Shown here in pieces: positions 51,245-60,073 of a stretch of 64,000 nt of DNA. This DNA is from Cyanobacteria bacterium J06626_4 (lineage in GTDB: Bacteria; Cyanobacteriota; Cyanobacteriia; Phormidesmidales; Phormidesmidaceae). A program made the position numbers and the translations under genes. Numbering within the stretch: the stretch's first letter is position 1; every line of letters begins with the position of its first letter. The notes below the pieces were generated by a model. It did no database searches and was not told the origin of the DNA. It saw nothing but the letters and a program-made list of their open reading frames with translations. The stretch spans positions 35,950-99,949 of the forward strand of contig JBCBJQ010000009.1 of NCBI GenBank assembly GCA_038523235.1. The letters are read 5' to 3'.

Positions 51245-52465
51245 TCAGCCTTCCAACAGAGCGTTAGCCAGGGCAAACATGTATATTGCAGAAGCGGAAA
51301 ACGTCAAATCATAGGCAAAGAAGTCAACCATTTGAGACATAAAAACAACCACCAGTGAATAGGCAACAATTTTAGGCAGCCTAGGCAAGCTGACTATCAT
51401 CTTTCTTGTCAAGATAGCTGACAAAAATATGCCGGCAACACCCAGCGAAACTGCGAATTCCACGAAAAAGTTATGGCTGTGCAGACCACTTCGCTCAAAA
51501 ATTTGAAGACTAATGACTTCGGGGAATATGCCAAACCCCTGCCCCACGAGCGGTGACTCAAGAAACTCTTGCACGGCCACCTGCCAGATATAGATTCTTG
51601 AAGTTGCAGAGGTAGAAAAATGAGATGCAGCTTGGTAGAACGCAGCGTCATCTCCGTTCGCCAGTTCAGGATACCGACTCAAAATCATGATTGCCAGCAT
51701 AACTAACACTGCTGGAACCAAAATTTTAGCCTGCTTGAGAAGACGCATCTTTCCTGTCCTGCTGTAGGCAGCAGTCGCGAGTAAGAGCAGTAAGAAGGCA
51801 GCCCGACTGCCTGACAGGATAATGGAACTCAAAAACAGTATCGTGACTGGCCAAATCAACTTTGAGATGCTCTTTTTGGCAGCCGATTTCAGAATATAAA
51901 AGGCATTGAACAGGCCTATTACCATCAACACCCCAAACGTATTAGGACTTTGGACAATAGACCCGATACGAGGATGGAAGCTGGGATACTTGAGTGCAAA
52001 AATCCAAGCATCAGGAAAAAACAGCTCGACTATGCCAAGAAGGGACAAAACAAACAAGAAACCAACCCAAGCACTCAGAAATGATGTCTGAGGATCAAGG
52101 GCATAGCGTTGATGTGAATGTGTTTGATGTCGTCTACTTTGCTTTGTCTGAATACTCAGAAGAAAAAGGAAATCATAGAATAGCAATATATAAAATACTA
52201 GCCTCACGTAATACCGGAGTGCCATCGTAAAATCAGGGCTTAAGAAAGCAGACAAAAGAGAAAAAGCCAATAAGGCGATAGAAATCGCTAAAGCTTGGCG
52301 ATGCCTGCTAATTTCTAGGCAGTAAGCTCTGCTGTTACAGATGAAAAGCCCCAAGCTGACAAACAAAATAATGAGATAGCCGACACCAATGGGGAGACCT
52401 AAAATCTTGAGTCGCCCCAGTGTCGATGCCAACATCAAGACCCAAAAACAAAGTGTTGCGGTCAT
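51245..52465 (-). CDS. O-antigen ligase/Wzy-like membrane protein
   Basis: About 11 TM; SPNTFG, LSGSRAA, R..IW...P..G.G.G, HSHN. Confidence 0.85.
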   Translation of the reverse strand: MTATLCFWVLMLASTLGRLKILGLPIGVGYLIILFVSLGLFICNSRAYCLEISRHRQALAISIALLAFSLLSAFLSPDFTMALRYYVRLVFYILLFYDFLFLLSIQTKQSRRHQTHSHQRYALDPQTSFLSAWVGFLFVLSLLGIVELFFPDAWIFALKYPSFHPRIGSIVQSPNTFGVLMVIGLFNAFYILKSAAKKSISKLIWPVTILFLSSIILSGSRAAFLLLLLATAAYSRTGKMRLLKQAKILVPAVLVMLAIMILSRYPELANGDDAAFYQAASHFSTSATSRIYIWQVAVQEFLESPLVGQGFGIFPEVISLQIFERSGLHSHNFFVEFAVSLGVAGIFLSAILTRKMIVSLPRLPKIVAYSLVVVFMSQMVDFFAYDLTFSASAIYMFALANALLEG

Positions 52466-52777
52466 AGGTATCTCGGTGCGACAGCAAAAGCTTGCAAATA
52501 TTGCTGGTAGTCAAAAAGCGTACGCCTTTAATCACCCTGTCAGTGAAATAGACTCTGAAATGCCGAATGAGGTTTCAATGGAATCTTGAGAAAACTGTCA
52601 AGATGAGTCAGTATTCTGCTAAAAGACAGGTTCAGAAAGAATCTCATCAAGCTTTCGTCAAACTTCGAAAATGGTGTCGTTCAATATTGTGGAAGGTGTC
52701 AAGGGACAGGCTGCTTAGCTAACTGTCGATTGGTATCGAGTCTGACGCCATGATGGAAGAATTGAACTCTAAGGCAA

Positions 52778-53512
52778 CTATTCATCAGATTCTGGCAATC
52801 TGTGCAACGAAACTAACGCGAGTCCCGTAATCGCCCCATTACAAATCCCAAACATCATGGCATTTGGAGTCAAGGTAATGACCGTTCTGGTTTGCCACAT
52901 GAATGTGACGGTAGCCACGTGAATGATCGCCCAACTGGCAGTTGTGGCGATAATCCAGCGATAGGCTTTGAACATATGCTGACGTAAAACCCACCACTGC
53001 AAGCAGCCGAGGAAAAGGGCTCCAGCTAGACCGTATTGCACCTCCTGTTTCAGAATGCGATCTAGCTGATTGCCGCCGTACGCGCAGGCTATCCCCCAAA
53101 ACACGCCCCAAATGATTGCCCATGCGAGTCCGCTAACGAGTATCCAACCAAATCTGACGGGCAGATAGCGCCGCAGCATCAACGACTGTATCGCCCCTCC
53201 TACAGCACCAAATACCGCCCCGCGAATGGTGCCAAAAAGCAACCCATACCTAAACGCGAGTTGAACGCCGATGTAGTCAGATGGAACGGGCGACTGAAGG
53301 AAACCGTACTGAAAAACGGCAGTACTATAAAACGCCTCATACATTCCCGGTTGCCAGTTCAAGGAACCTGCAATGATGAAAGACTTGATTGGATTAATGA
53401 TCGCAGGCTCAACGAGATAGAAAACCAAAAGCCCGCAAACCCATCCCAAGGAGCTGACGGCAAACCACTGGAGCCAGAAAAACACGTTAGCCCTGAATCT
53501 TTTGCGACTCAT
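52778..53512 (-). CDS. Hypothetical multi-pass membrane protein with repeated G..QW/QS..LR motifs
   Basis: FWLQW, GAIQSLMLRR..W, GCLQWWVLR..W; likely start ATG 53512. Confidence 0.7.
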   Translation of the reverse strand: MSRKRFRANVFFWLQWFAVSSLGWVCGLLVFYLVEPAIINPIKSFIIAGSLNWQPGMYEAFYSTAVFQYGFLQSPVPSDYIGVQLAFRYGLLFGTIRGAVFGAVGGAIQSLMLRRYLPVRFGWILVSGLAWAIIWGVFWGIACAYGGNQLDRILKQEVQYGLAGALFLGCLQWWVLRQHMFKAYRWIIATTASWAIIHVATVTFMWQTRTVITLTPNAMMFGICNGAITGLALVSLHRLPESDE

Positions 53513-53540
53513 ACAATCCCAGAACAATGACTTGGGCAGA

Positions 53541-53741
53541 TTAGCTCGGCTTGACTCGCATTGGGCGTTGGCCGAATTCAACAGGTTGGGAGTTTTCGAC
53601 TACAATCTCGACAATTTTGCCAGACACCTCAGCCACAAGTTCATTCATCAGCTTCATCGCTTCAATGATATAGACGGGTTGTACTGTTGGGATGGCCAGC
53701 TTTTGGAAGCCCTGTTTAACGGGGAGTCCGTATTTAGCCAT
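53541..53741 (-). pseudogene. Truncated duplicate of the accB 3' end (partial biotinyl domain)
   Basis: 53541-53693 aligns gap-free to 54968-55120 at 121/153 nt (hand count); keeps EAMKLM. Confidence 0.8.
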
Positions 53742-53760
53742 GAGCTAGTCGATGGCGACA

Positions 53761-54816
53761 TTATTCAGAGAGCAAGTCCGCTAAAACCGTTACTAGTGTC
53801 TGATTTTCTGCATCCGTGCCGACCGAAATGCGTAACTTATCGGTGAGGCCAACTTGCTTGAAGTAGCGCACCAAAATTCCTCGGGCTTTTAAGGCCAAGT
53901 AAATCGCTTCGGCATTGTCCTGAGGCACAGTTACTAAAACAAAGTTGCCATGGAATTCATGAACTGTAAATCCGAGCGCTGCTAAATCTTTTTTGAGCTG
54001 TATCCGAGAGGCTTTAACTTTTTCGATACAGCTACTTTTATAAGCTTGGTCGCGAACGGCTGCAGCCCCTAAAGCGATCGCGATCGCGTCAACGTTATAG
54101 CTGTCTTTGACTTTGAAGAGGCCGGTCAGCAGTTGGGGGTTGGCAATGCCGAAGCCGATGCGTAGGCCAGCTAACGAATACCCTTTAGACAACGTTCGCA
54201 GCACCATCACATTGTCAAACTCTTGCACCAGCGGCAACGCAGAAAACTCTGCAAAGTCCACATAAGCCTCATCAATGACGACAATTCCTGACGTGTTTTG
54301 GGCCAGTTCTCGCAAAGCGGGTAAAGGCACACTGTGACCGGAGGGGCTGTTGGGAGACGCGACAAAGGTGATGGCTCCGTTGGCGGCAATCAGGGGCTCG
54401 ATCGGCAATTGCCAGCTAGCAGCGTAAGGAATCTCAATCACGGTGGCGGCTTGGATGGCTGACAACGTGCGATAGAGCACGTAGGTGGGGGTCGGATAAA
54501 CGACTGTGCGATCGCGGCCCTCAGCGCACGAACGGATTAGCAGATTGAGCAGGTCGTCACTGCCATTGCCGACAATGATCCAGTTTTCTGGAACCTTTAA
54601 AGCTTCGCTGACGGCTTGGCAAAACTCCTTGGCCAACGGGTCAGGATAGCGTCTCAGGTGCTCGCCATCAAAGTTCTGCAAGGCGGCGAGCACCTGAGGA
54701 GAAGGCGGATAAGGATTTTCGTTGGTATTGAGTTTGATGATTTTGGTGCCTGGCTGAGGTTGTTCGCCAGGCACATAGCCAGTCATCTCATCAATCGCAG
54801 GCCGAAAATAGCTCAT
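53761..54816 (-). CDS. hisC: Histidinol-phosphate aminotransferase
   Basis: KLNTNENPYPPSP, GNGSDD, DEAYVDF, RTLSKGYSLAGLRIG. Confidence 0.92.
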   Translation of the reverse strand: MSYFRPAIDEMTGYVPGEQPQPGTKIIKLNTNENPYPPSPQVLAALQNFDGEHLRRYPDPLAKEFCQAVSEALKVPENWIIVGNGSDDLLNLLIRSCAEGRDRTVVYPTPTYVLYRTLSAIQAATVIEIPYAASWQLPIEPLIAANGAITFVASPNSPSGHSVPLPALRELAQNTSGIVVIDEAYVDFAEFSALPLVQEFDNVMVLRTLSKGYSLAGLRIGFGIANPQLLTGLFKVKDSYNVDAIAIALGAAAVRDQAYKSSCIEKVKASRIQLKKDLAALGFTVHEFHGNFVLVTVPQDNAEAIYLALKARGILVRYFKQVGLTDKLRISVGTDAENQTLVTVLADLLSE

Positions 54817-54967
54817 GGCGAGTTTTAGTCTACGGCAAGCAGTTTTTTGGATGCCCAGTAAAGTATCGAGTCGCTATCGATAAAGACGCGGATACTCGGC
54901 GCTGCAAGCTGGAGTTTAGAGCGGCCAACGTCAGGCTCCCTATCCGTTAGCAGCTTGTACACCAATA

Positions 54968-55459
54968 TTAGTTGGGACGCACGCGCATCAGCGGTTGGCC
55001 AAATTCAACCGGTTGGGAGTTTTCGACCAGGATTTCGACGATTTCGCCCGACACTTCAGCCTCTAGCTCATTCATCAGCTTCATCGCTTCGATGATGCAG
55101 ACGGTTTGCCCAGTTTGGATGCGATCGCCCAAGTCGACAAACGCGGCTTCCTCAGGGGCCGGCGACCGGTAAAAGGTGCCCACCATCGGCGACGTAATTT
55201 CTACCAGGTTGGAATCAACAGAAGGCGGGGGGGTCGGGGCAGCGGCTGGGGCCGTCGGTGGCTGAGCGGCATCAACGATCTGGGGCATGACTGGGGCCAT
55301 GGGCGTGACCAGCGGTTCCGATGCCACATTGGACATGACAAAGGCCCCCGGCTTGCGCAGCGTCAGCTCAAAATCACCACTTTTGAGCGTCAACTCAGAG
55401 ATATCGGTCTGGCTGAGGGTCGTGACCAACTCACGCAGTTCGTTGAAATTCAGTTCCAC
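54968..55459 (-). CDS. accB: Acetyl-CoA carboxylase biotin carboxyl carrier protein
   Basis: [24 protein letters not shown] start after GGAG. Confidence 0.96.
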   Translation of the reverse strand: MELNFNELRELVTTLSQTDISELTLKSGDFELTLRKPGAFVMSNVASEPLVTPMAPVMPQIVDAAQPPTAPAAAPTPPPSVDSNLVEITSPMVGTFYRSPAPEEAAFVDLGDRIQTGQTVCIIEAMKLMNELEAEVSGEIVEILVENSQPVEFGQPLMRVRPN

Positions 55460-55517
55460 TAATTGCACTCCGTACCAACAAGATGGAGCTGACTCCACCA
55501 AAAAACGCTTTTGGGGG

Positions 55518-56078
55518 TCACGATTCCCGCCCTAAATAGGAATCGTTGCGCGTATCCACTTTGATCTTTTCACCAATGGAGATGAACAACGGCACCATCA
55601 CCTGAGCCCCGGTCTCAACGATGGCGGGTTTGGTGCCCCCGGTGGCCGTATCACCCTTGACGCCCGGATCGGTTTGAGTGATCTCTAGCACCACCGCGTT
55701 GGGCAGCTCGACCTCAAGGATTTGCTCATTCCAACGAATGACGTTGACTTCCATCTCTTCTTTGAGATATTTCACGCGATCGCCCACCTGGGCTTCGCTC
55801 ATGCGGACTTCTTCGTAAGTCTCCATATCCATAAAGACGAGATCTTCACCATCGCGGTAGGTGTGCTGCATCACCTTCTTTTCGAGATTGGCTTGGGGAA
55901 CGGTTTCACCAGCGCGAAACGTTTTTTCGACCGTGTTACCGCTTTGCACGTTCTTAAGTTTCGTCCGAACAAAGGCAGATCCCTTGCCTGGCTTGACGTG
56001 AAGGAATTCAACTACCCGCCAAACTGACCCATCCAGTTCGATACTGACGCCCGTACGAAAGTCGTTGCTGGAAATCAT
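55518..56078 (-). CDS. efp: Elongation factor P
   Basis: [32 protein letters not shown]. Confidence 0.98.
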   Translation of the reverse strand: MISSNDFRTGVSIELDGSVWRVVEFLHVKPGKGSAFVRTKLKNVQSGNTVEKTFRAGETVPQANLEKKVMQHTYRDGEDLVFMDMETYEEVRMSEAQVGDRVKYLKEEMEVNVIRWNEQILEVELPNAVVLEITQTDPGVKGDTATGGTKPAIVETGAQVMVPLFISIGEKIKVDTRNDSYLGRES

Positions 56079-56220
56079 AACGCTGGCTACCCGTGCATCG
56101 TGAATATCGGCACCTCATTTTACCGCCCATGCGCCAACTTTCTAGAATGCTTCTAGAGATGCCCGCACTATGGCAAGATCGAAGGCGTTTGCTGAATGTG
56201 ACTCTTGGCTAGCATTACCC

Positions 56221-57354
56221 ATGCAATTATTGAACCGATGGCTAACTGGCATCGCCCTAGGCTGCCTGATCTGGGCGGGATTGATCACCGCGCCCCCCGC
56301 TGCGGGCCTGACTGCCAGCACTCAGGCGGCATCGTTGCCCTCCTCATTGGTGGCTTATCTGCCCCCCGGCAACGCAATTACCGATGGCCGAGCGCTGCTG
56401 CGCTATTCGCTGCCCATCGATAATTCTGCGATTCGCAAGATTCAAGCTAATCTCGAAGGTCTGTCAGAGTGGCTACGCAGCAAGCGCTGGGGCTCTGTAA
56501 AGCGCGATCTCAATAAATTGGATCGGCTGGTGGGTCGCAGTCGGCAAGCCATTTTGGCCGATATTCCCGCTGACCAGCAGGCGTTAGCCGCAACCTATTT
56601 AGATGAGCTGCGGGCGGGCATCGAACCGATGCTGGTCGGGGCGGAAGATCGCGATCGCGAGACGATTTGGCTCAAGCGAGCGGAGCTGTTGGGTAAAGTA
56701 GGGGCGCTGGAAACCATGATGGTGAGTGGCTTTCCTTACACTGTGCCGGATGAATATCAGGATCTGCCCCAACTGCTGGGCCGCGCCACGGTGGAGTTTG
56801 AGACCAATAAAGGAACGCTGACCGCCGTGATCGACGGTTACACCGCGCCCGTCACGGGGGGCAACTTTGTCGACTTAGTGCAGCGCGGCTTTTACGACGG
56901 CATGCCGTTCATTCGGGCAGAAGATAATTATGTGCTGCAAACCGGCGACCCCGAGGGGGCCGACGACGGTTTCATTGACCCCAAAACGAAAGCCTATCGG
57001 GCGGTACCGTTAGAAATTCTGGTTAAAGGCGATGAAGAACCGGTTTACGGGGCCACGCTAGAAGAGCTGGGCCGGTACCTGGAAGATCCCGTTTTACCCT
57101 TCTCAGCCTTTGGCGTCATGGGTATGGCCCGTCCCGAAAGCGATGTGAATGGCGGCTCGTCGCAGTTTTTCTTCTTTTTGTTTGAACCAGAACTGACGCC
57201 CGCCGGCCTAAACCTGCTGGATGGTCGGTATACCGTTTTTGGCTGTGTAGTTGACAACAAAGAAGTGCTGGAAGAGTTAGGCCAGGGCGATCGCATCATT
57301 GCCGCACGCGTCACCGCTGGGTTAGACAACCTGGTTGAACCCGGCACGACCTAA
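56221..57354 (+). CDS. Cyclophilin-type peptidyl-prolyl isomerase (CYP38/TLP40-like)
   Basis: LP.GNAITD..ALLRY.LP helical domain, APVTGGNFVDLV, SSQFFF, LDGRYTVFG. Confidence 0.9.
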   Translation: MQLLNRWLTGIALGCLIWAGLITAPPAAGLTASTQAASLPSSLVAYLPPGNAITDGRALLRYSLPIDNSAIRKIQANLEGLSEWLRSKRWGSVKRDLNKLDRLVGRSRQAILADIPADQQALAATYLDELRAGIEPMLVGAEDRDRETIWLKRAELLGKVGALETMMVSGFPYTVPDEYQDLPQLLGRATVEFETNKGTLTAVIDGYTAPVTGGNFVDLVQRGFYDGMPFIRAEDNYVLQTGDPEGADDGFIDPKTKAYRAVPLEILVKGDEEPVYGATLEELGRYLEDPVLPFSAFGVMGMARPESDVNGGSSQFFFFLFEPELTPAGLNLLDGRYTVFGCVVDNKEVLEELGQGDRIIAARVTAGLDNLVEPGTT

Positions 57355-57363
57355 GGAGTCACC

Positions 57364-58365
57364 ATGACCGCTCAGCTCACGGTGGCTGACATCGGTGAGC
57401 TGGCCCTGTTGCAGCAGCTGCAGCCGTTCTGCTCGCAGGCTTTATTGGGCGATGATGCCGCTGTATTGTCGCCACGTCGCGACGCCACGGTAGTGACGAC
57501 TGACGTGCTGGTCGATGGCGTGCATTTTAGCGATCGCACTACTGCCCCCGAAGATGTGGGCTGGCGGGCGATCGCGGCTAATCTTTCGGACTTAGCAGCC
57601 ATGGGGGCGATGCCCATTGGGGTCACTGTCGGCCTCAGCCTGCCGGGCACCGTCACGGTGGAGTGGGTCAGGCGGGTCTATCAGGGCATGGGCGACTGTT
57701 TGCAGCAGTATGGGGGCGAAATTGTCGGGGGTGATATCGTCCAGTCAGCTCAGACAATGTTGGCGATTACTGCCATTGGCGCCGTCGCACCGCAGCGGGT
57801 GCTACGCCGCGATCGCGCGCAGCCGGGGCACGTTATTGTGGCCACGGGCTGGCATGGGGCCTCCCGCGCCGGGTTGGAGCTATTGCTGCGACCTGATGCC
57901 GCCCCGGCGCTAGCCAAATGCGATCGCCAGTCTTTCATTCAGGCGCACCAGCGCCCGCTCCCCCGCCTGGATGTCGTGCAGCAGTTGACGGCTTGGTCAG
58001 ACGCTGACGTCAGCGCCATCGCCGCGATGGATAGCAGTGACGGTCTGGCCAACGCCGTGCTTTACCTCTGTCAAGCCAGCGGCGTCGGGGCTCGGCTCCA
58101 GCGCGATCGCCTGCCAATTCCATCTGCCCTAAAGGCTTGGGTTGGCCCCAAACTGGCTTTAGATTGGGGTCTCTACGGCGGCGAAGATTTTGAACTGGTG
58201 CTGTGTCTACCACCAGATCAAGCCGCAGCGTTACTGCCTGATTGCGGTGACGCGGCCGCGATCGTGGGCACGGTGACAGCCGGTCGCGAGGTGTTGCTGG
58301 TCGAGGGGCCAGACGATCCGTCCGGTCTGCCCCTCACCTGGGATAGCTGTTTTCAGCATTTTTGA
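57364..58365 (+). CDS. thiL: Thiamine-monophosphate kinase
   Basis: GDDAAV, DVLVDGVHF, NLSDLAAMG, GGD, MDSSDGL, GGEDFELV. Confidence 0.95.
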   Translation: MTAQLTVADIGELALLQQLQPFCSQALLGDDAAVLSPRRDATVVTTDVLVDGVHFSDRTTAPEDVGWRAIAANLSDLAAMGAMPIGVTVGLSLPGTVTVEWVRRVYQGMGDCLQQYGGEIVGGDIVQSAQTMLAITAIGAVAPQRVLRRDRAQPGHVIVATGWHGASRAGLELLLRPDAAPALAKCDRQSFIQAHQRPLPRLDVVQQLTAWSDADVSAIAAMDSSDGLANAVLYLCQASGVGARLQRDRLPIPSALKAWVGPKLALDWGLYGGEDFELVLCLPPDQAAALLPDCGDAAAIVGTVTAGREVLLVEGPDDPSGLPLTWDSCFQHF

Positions 58366-58493
58366 ACTGAGGTGCCCGGCTTCGCCATGGAACCGGTAAA
58401 CAACTGCTGGCAGCCAACTGTCATAGTTCAGTACTGGTCGAGGTTTGACAGTGCCAAACCCCGACCGATATTGGCAGTCCTGAGGACATTATT

Positions 58494-58680
58494 TAACGCC
58501 AATTCGGGTTAAGCCAAAACCTGTTTCTTTCTCCTCTGGGGAGGGGTTAAGGGGGTGGGTTGAACCATTCTCAGCGGCAGAATCGACACCCACCCCGCCT
58601 TTGGCACCCCTTCCAAGAGGGAATTGTCATCTCAACAGGTTGGTAAGCCTGCCTGATGTCCTTATCCCGAACTCAGGTTA
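58494..58680. mobile_element. MITE-like dispersed repeat, copy 2
   Basis: Same TIR family as 17230-17405; TTATTTAA direct repeat at 58489-58496 and 58678-58685. Confidence 0.72.
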
Positions 58681-58718
58681 TTTAAGCGCAGCTCCCTCAC
58701 CACATCTACAGCTTGCCC

Positions 58719-59696
58719 TTAGGTGACGGCGCGGCTGCTACTGACCGCCTCGGCAGCCAGACAGTCCTCCAGCGTCTGCCAACCCGTGCCTTGGTGTCGC
58801 GCTGGCACGATGTCGGGATGCAGAATTTCGGTCAAAATCTCCAGCGAATCCACCAGACGAGGGCCGGGTCGGTTGAAATATTGATTGCCATCAGTGACAT
58901 AAACGCGCCCTGTTTTCACAGCCCGCATGAGCGGCCACAGAAAGTTGTCCGACAAAACTGCACTTTCTCGTGCGGCTGTGGTCATGTCATAGCCACAAGG
59001 CATCAAAATAATCACCTCGGGGTCAGCCCGCACTAAATCGTTCCAGCTAATCCAGGGGGAATGGTGGCCGGTTTGGCTCAGCAACGGCAACCCCCGCGCT
59101 AACTGCACCAGTTCTGGCACCCAATTGCCTGCTGACATCAACGGCTCGGGCCATTCGATGCAGACGACCGATGGCTGATGAGAGGCCGCTTGCATCCGCT
59201 GCTGACAGGCTTGAATACGGTTCTGTAGGGCAGCGATCGCCATTTCGGCCCGCTGCTCACCAGCCTCCCCTAAGAGCGCTGTCGCCACCTGACGAATATC
59301 CTGCCAGACATCTTCAAGGCGATTGGGCTGTAGCGACAAAATCTGGGGAGCCGTGCCCGTTAGCGCCTGCACTGCCGCCTCGACCTCGGGCAGACTGACC
59401 GCACAAACCTCGCACTGGGCCTGAGTCAAAATATGGGTGGGCTGCAGATCGCGCAAAACGTCTGTCTCGATCTGATAGACACTCAACGCCGATTGCAGTA
59501 AATCAGTCACGCGATCGTGGATTTCGCGGCTGGTGCCTTGGGGATTAAACTTCGGGGCGGTACACACCGGCAGTGAATGCACCTCAGCGGGATAGTCACA
59601 CTCGTGACTGCGGCCAACTTGAGAGTCTGTGAAGCCTAAAACTTGAATAATTTCGGTAGCACTGGGCAGCAGAGACACAATTTTGAGAGGCGGCAT
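58719..59696 (-). CDS. BtuF-like cobalamin/Fe-siderophore-binding family protein
   Basis: KIVSLLPSATEI, VGRSHECDYP, TQAQCEVCAVS, FNRPGPRL; no signal peptide visible. Confidence 0.82.
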   Translation of the reverse strand: MPPLKIVSLLPSATEIIQVLGFTDSQVGRSHECDYPAEVHSLPVCTAPKFNPQGTSREIHDRVTDLLQSALSVYQIETDVLRDLQPTHILTQAQCEVCAVSLPEVEAAVQALTGTAPQILSLQPNRLEDVWQDIRQVATALLGEAGEQRAEMAIAALQNRIQACQQRMQAASHQPSVVCIEWPEPLMSAGNWVPELVQLARGLPLLSQTGHHSPWISWNDLVRADPEVIILMPCGYDMTTAARESAVLSDNFLWPLMRAVKTGRVYVTDGNQYFNRPGPRLVDSLEILTEILHPDIVPARHQGTGWQTLEDCLAAEAVSSSRAVT

Positions 59697-59916
59697 AGCA
59701 CGGCACCCTTGGGCTCAACTTACTGACTACTATAAAGCGCTCCTCTCAGGTTGAAAAAAATTGCCGGGTACACCACTCAATGACTTCAATTGAGGTTAAG
59801 GGATACCAATTCTCTAGAAAAAGATGAAAAAGGACGACGAATCGCTGCCTAACAAGGGCGATCGCGGTGTACTGAGCTATTCGAGTCAAAAGTTCTGGGG
59901 GCACCGATGGGCTTGC

Positions 59917-59959
59917 AAAAAAGCCAGCTCCCACCGCGCGATCGCGACCAGAGCTGGCT
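59917..59959 (-). terminator. Rho-independent terminator after the 1208-aa gene
   Basis: Minus strand agccagctc...gagctggct followed by a T-run. Confidence 0.7.
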
Positions 59960-60073
59960 GAACCTCTATTGCCTCTAAAAAACAAGGACTTTGGGGGAGA
60001 GGCGCGATCGCGGGCAATCCTGCCGGAGTCGCGCCTCTCCTTCGATGTCAGCCGGTCGGCGCTGCTCAGTCGG

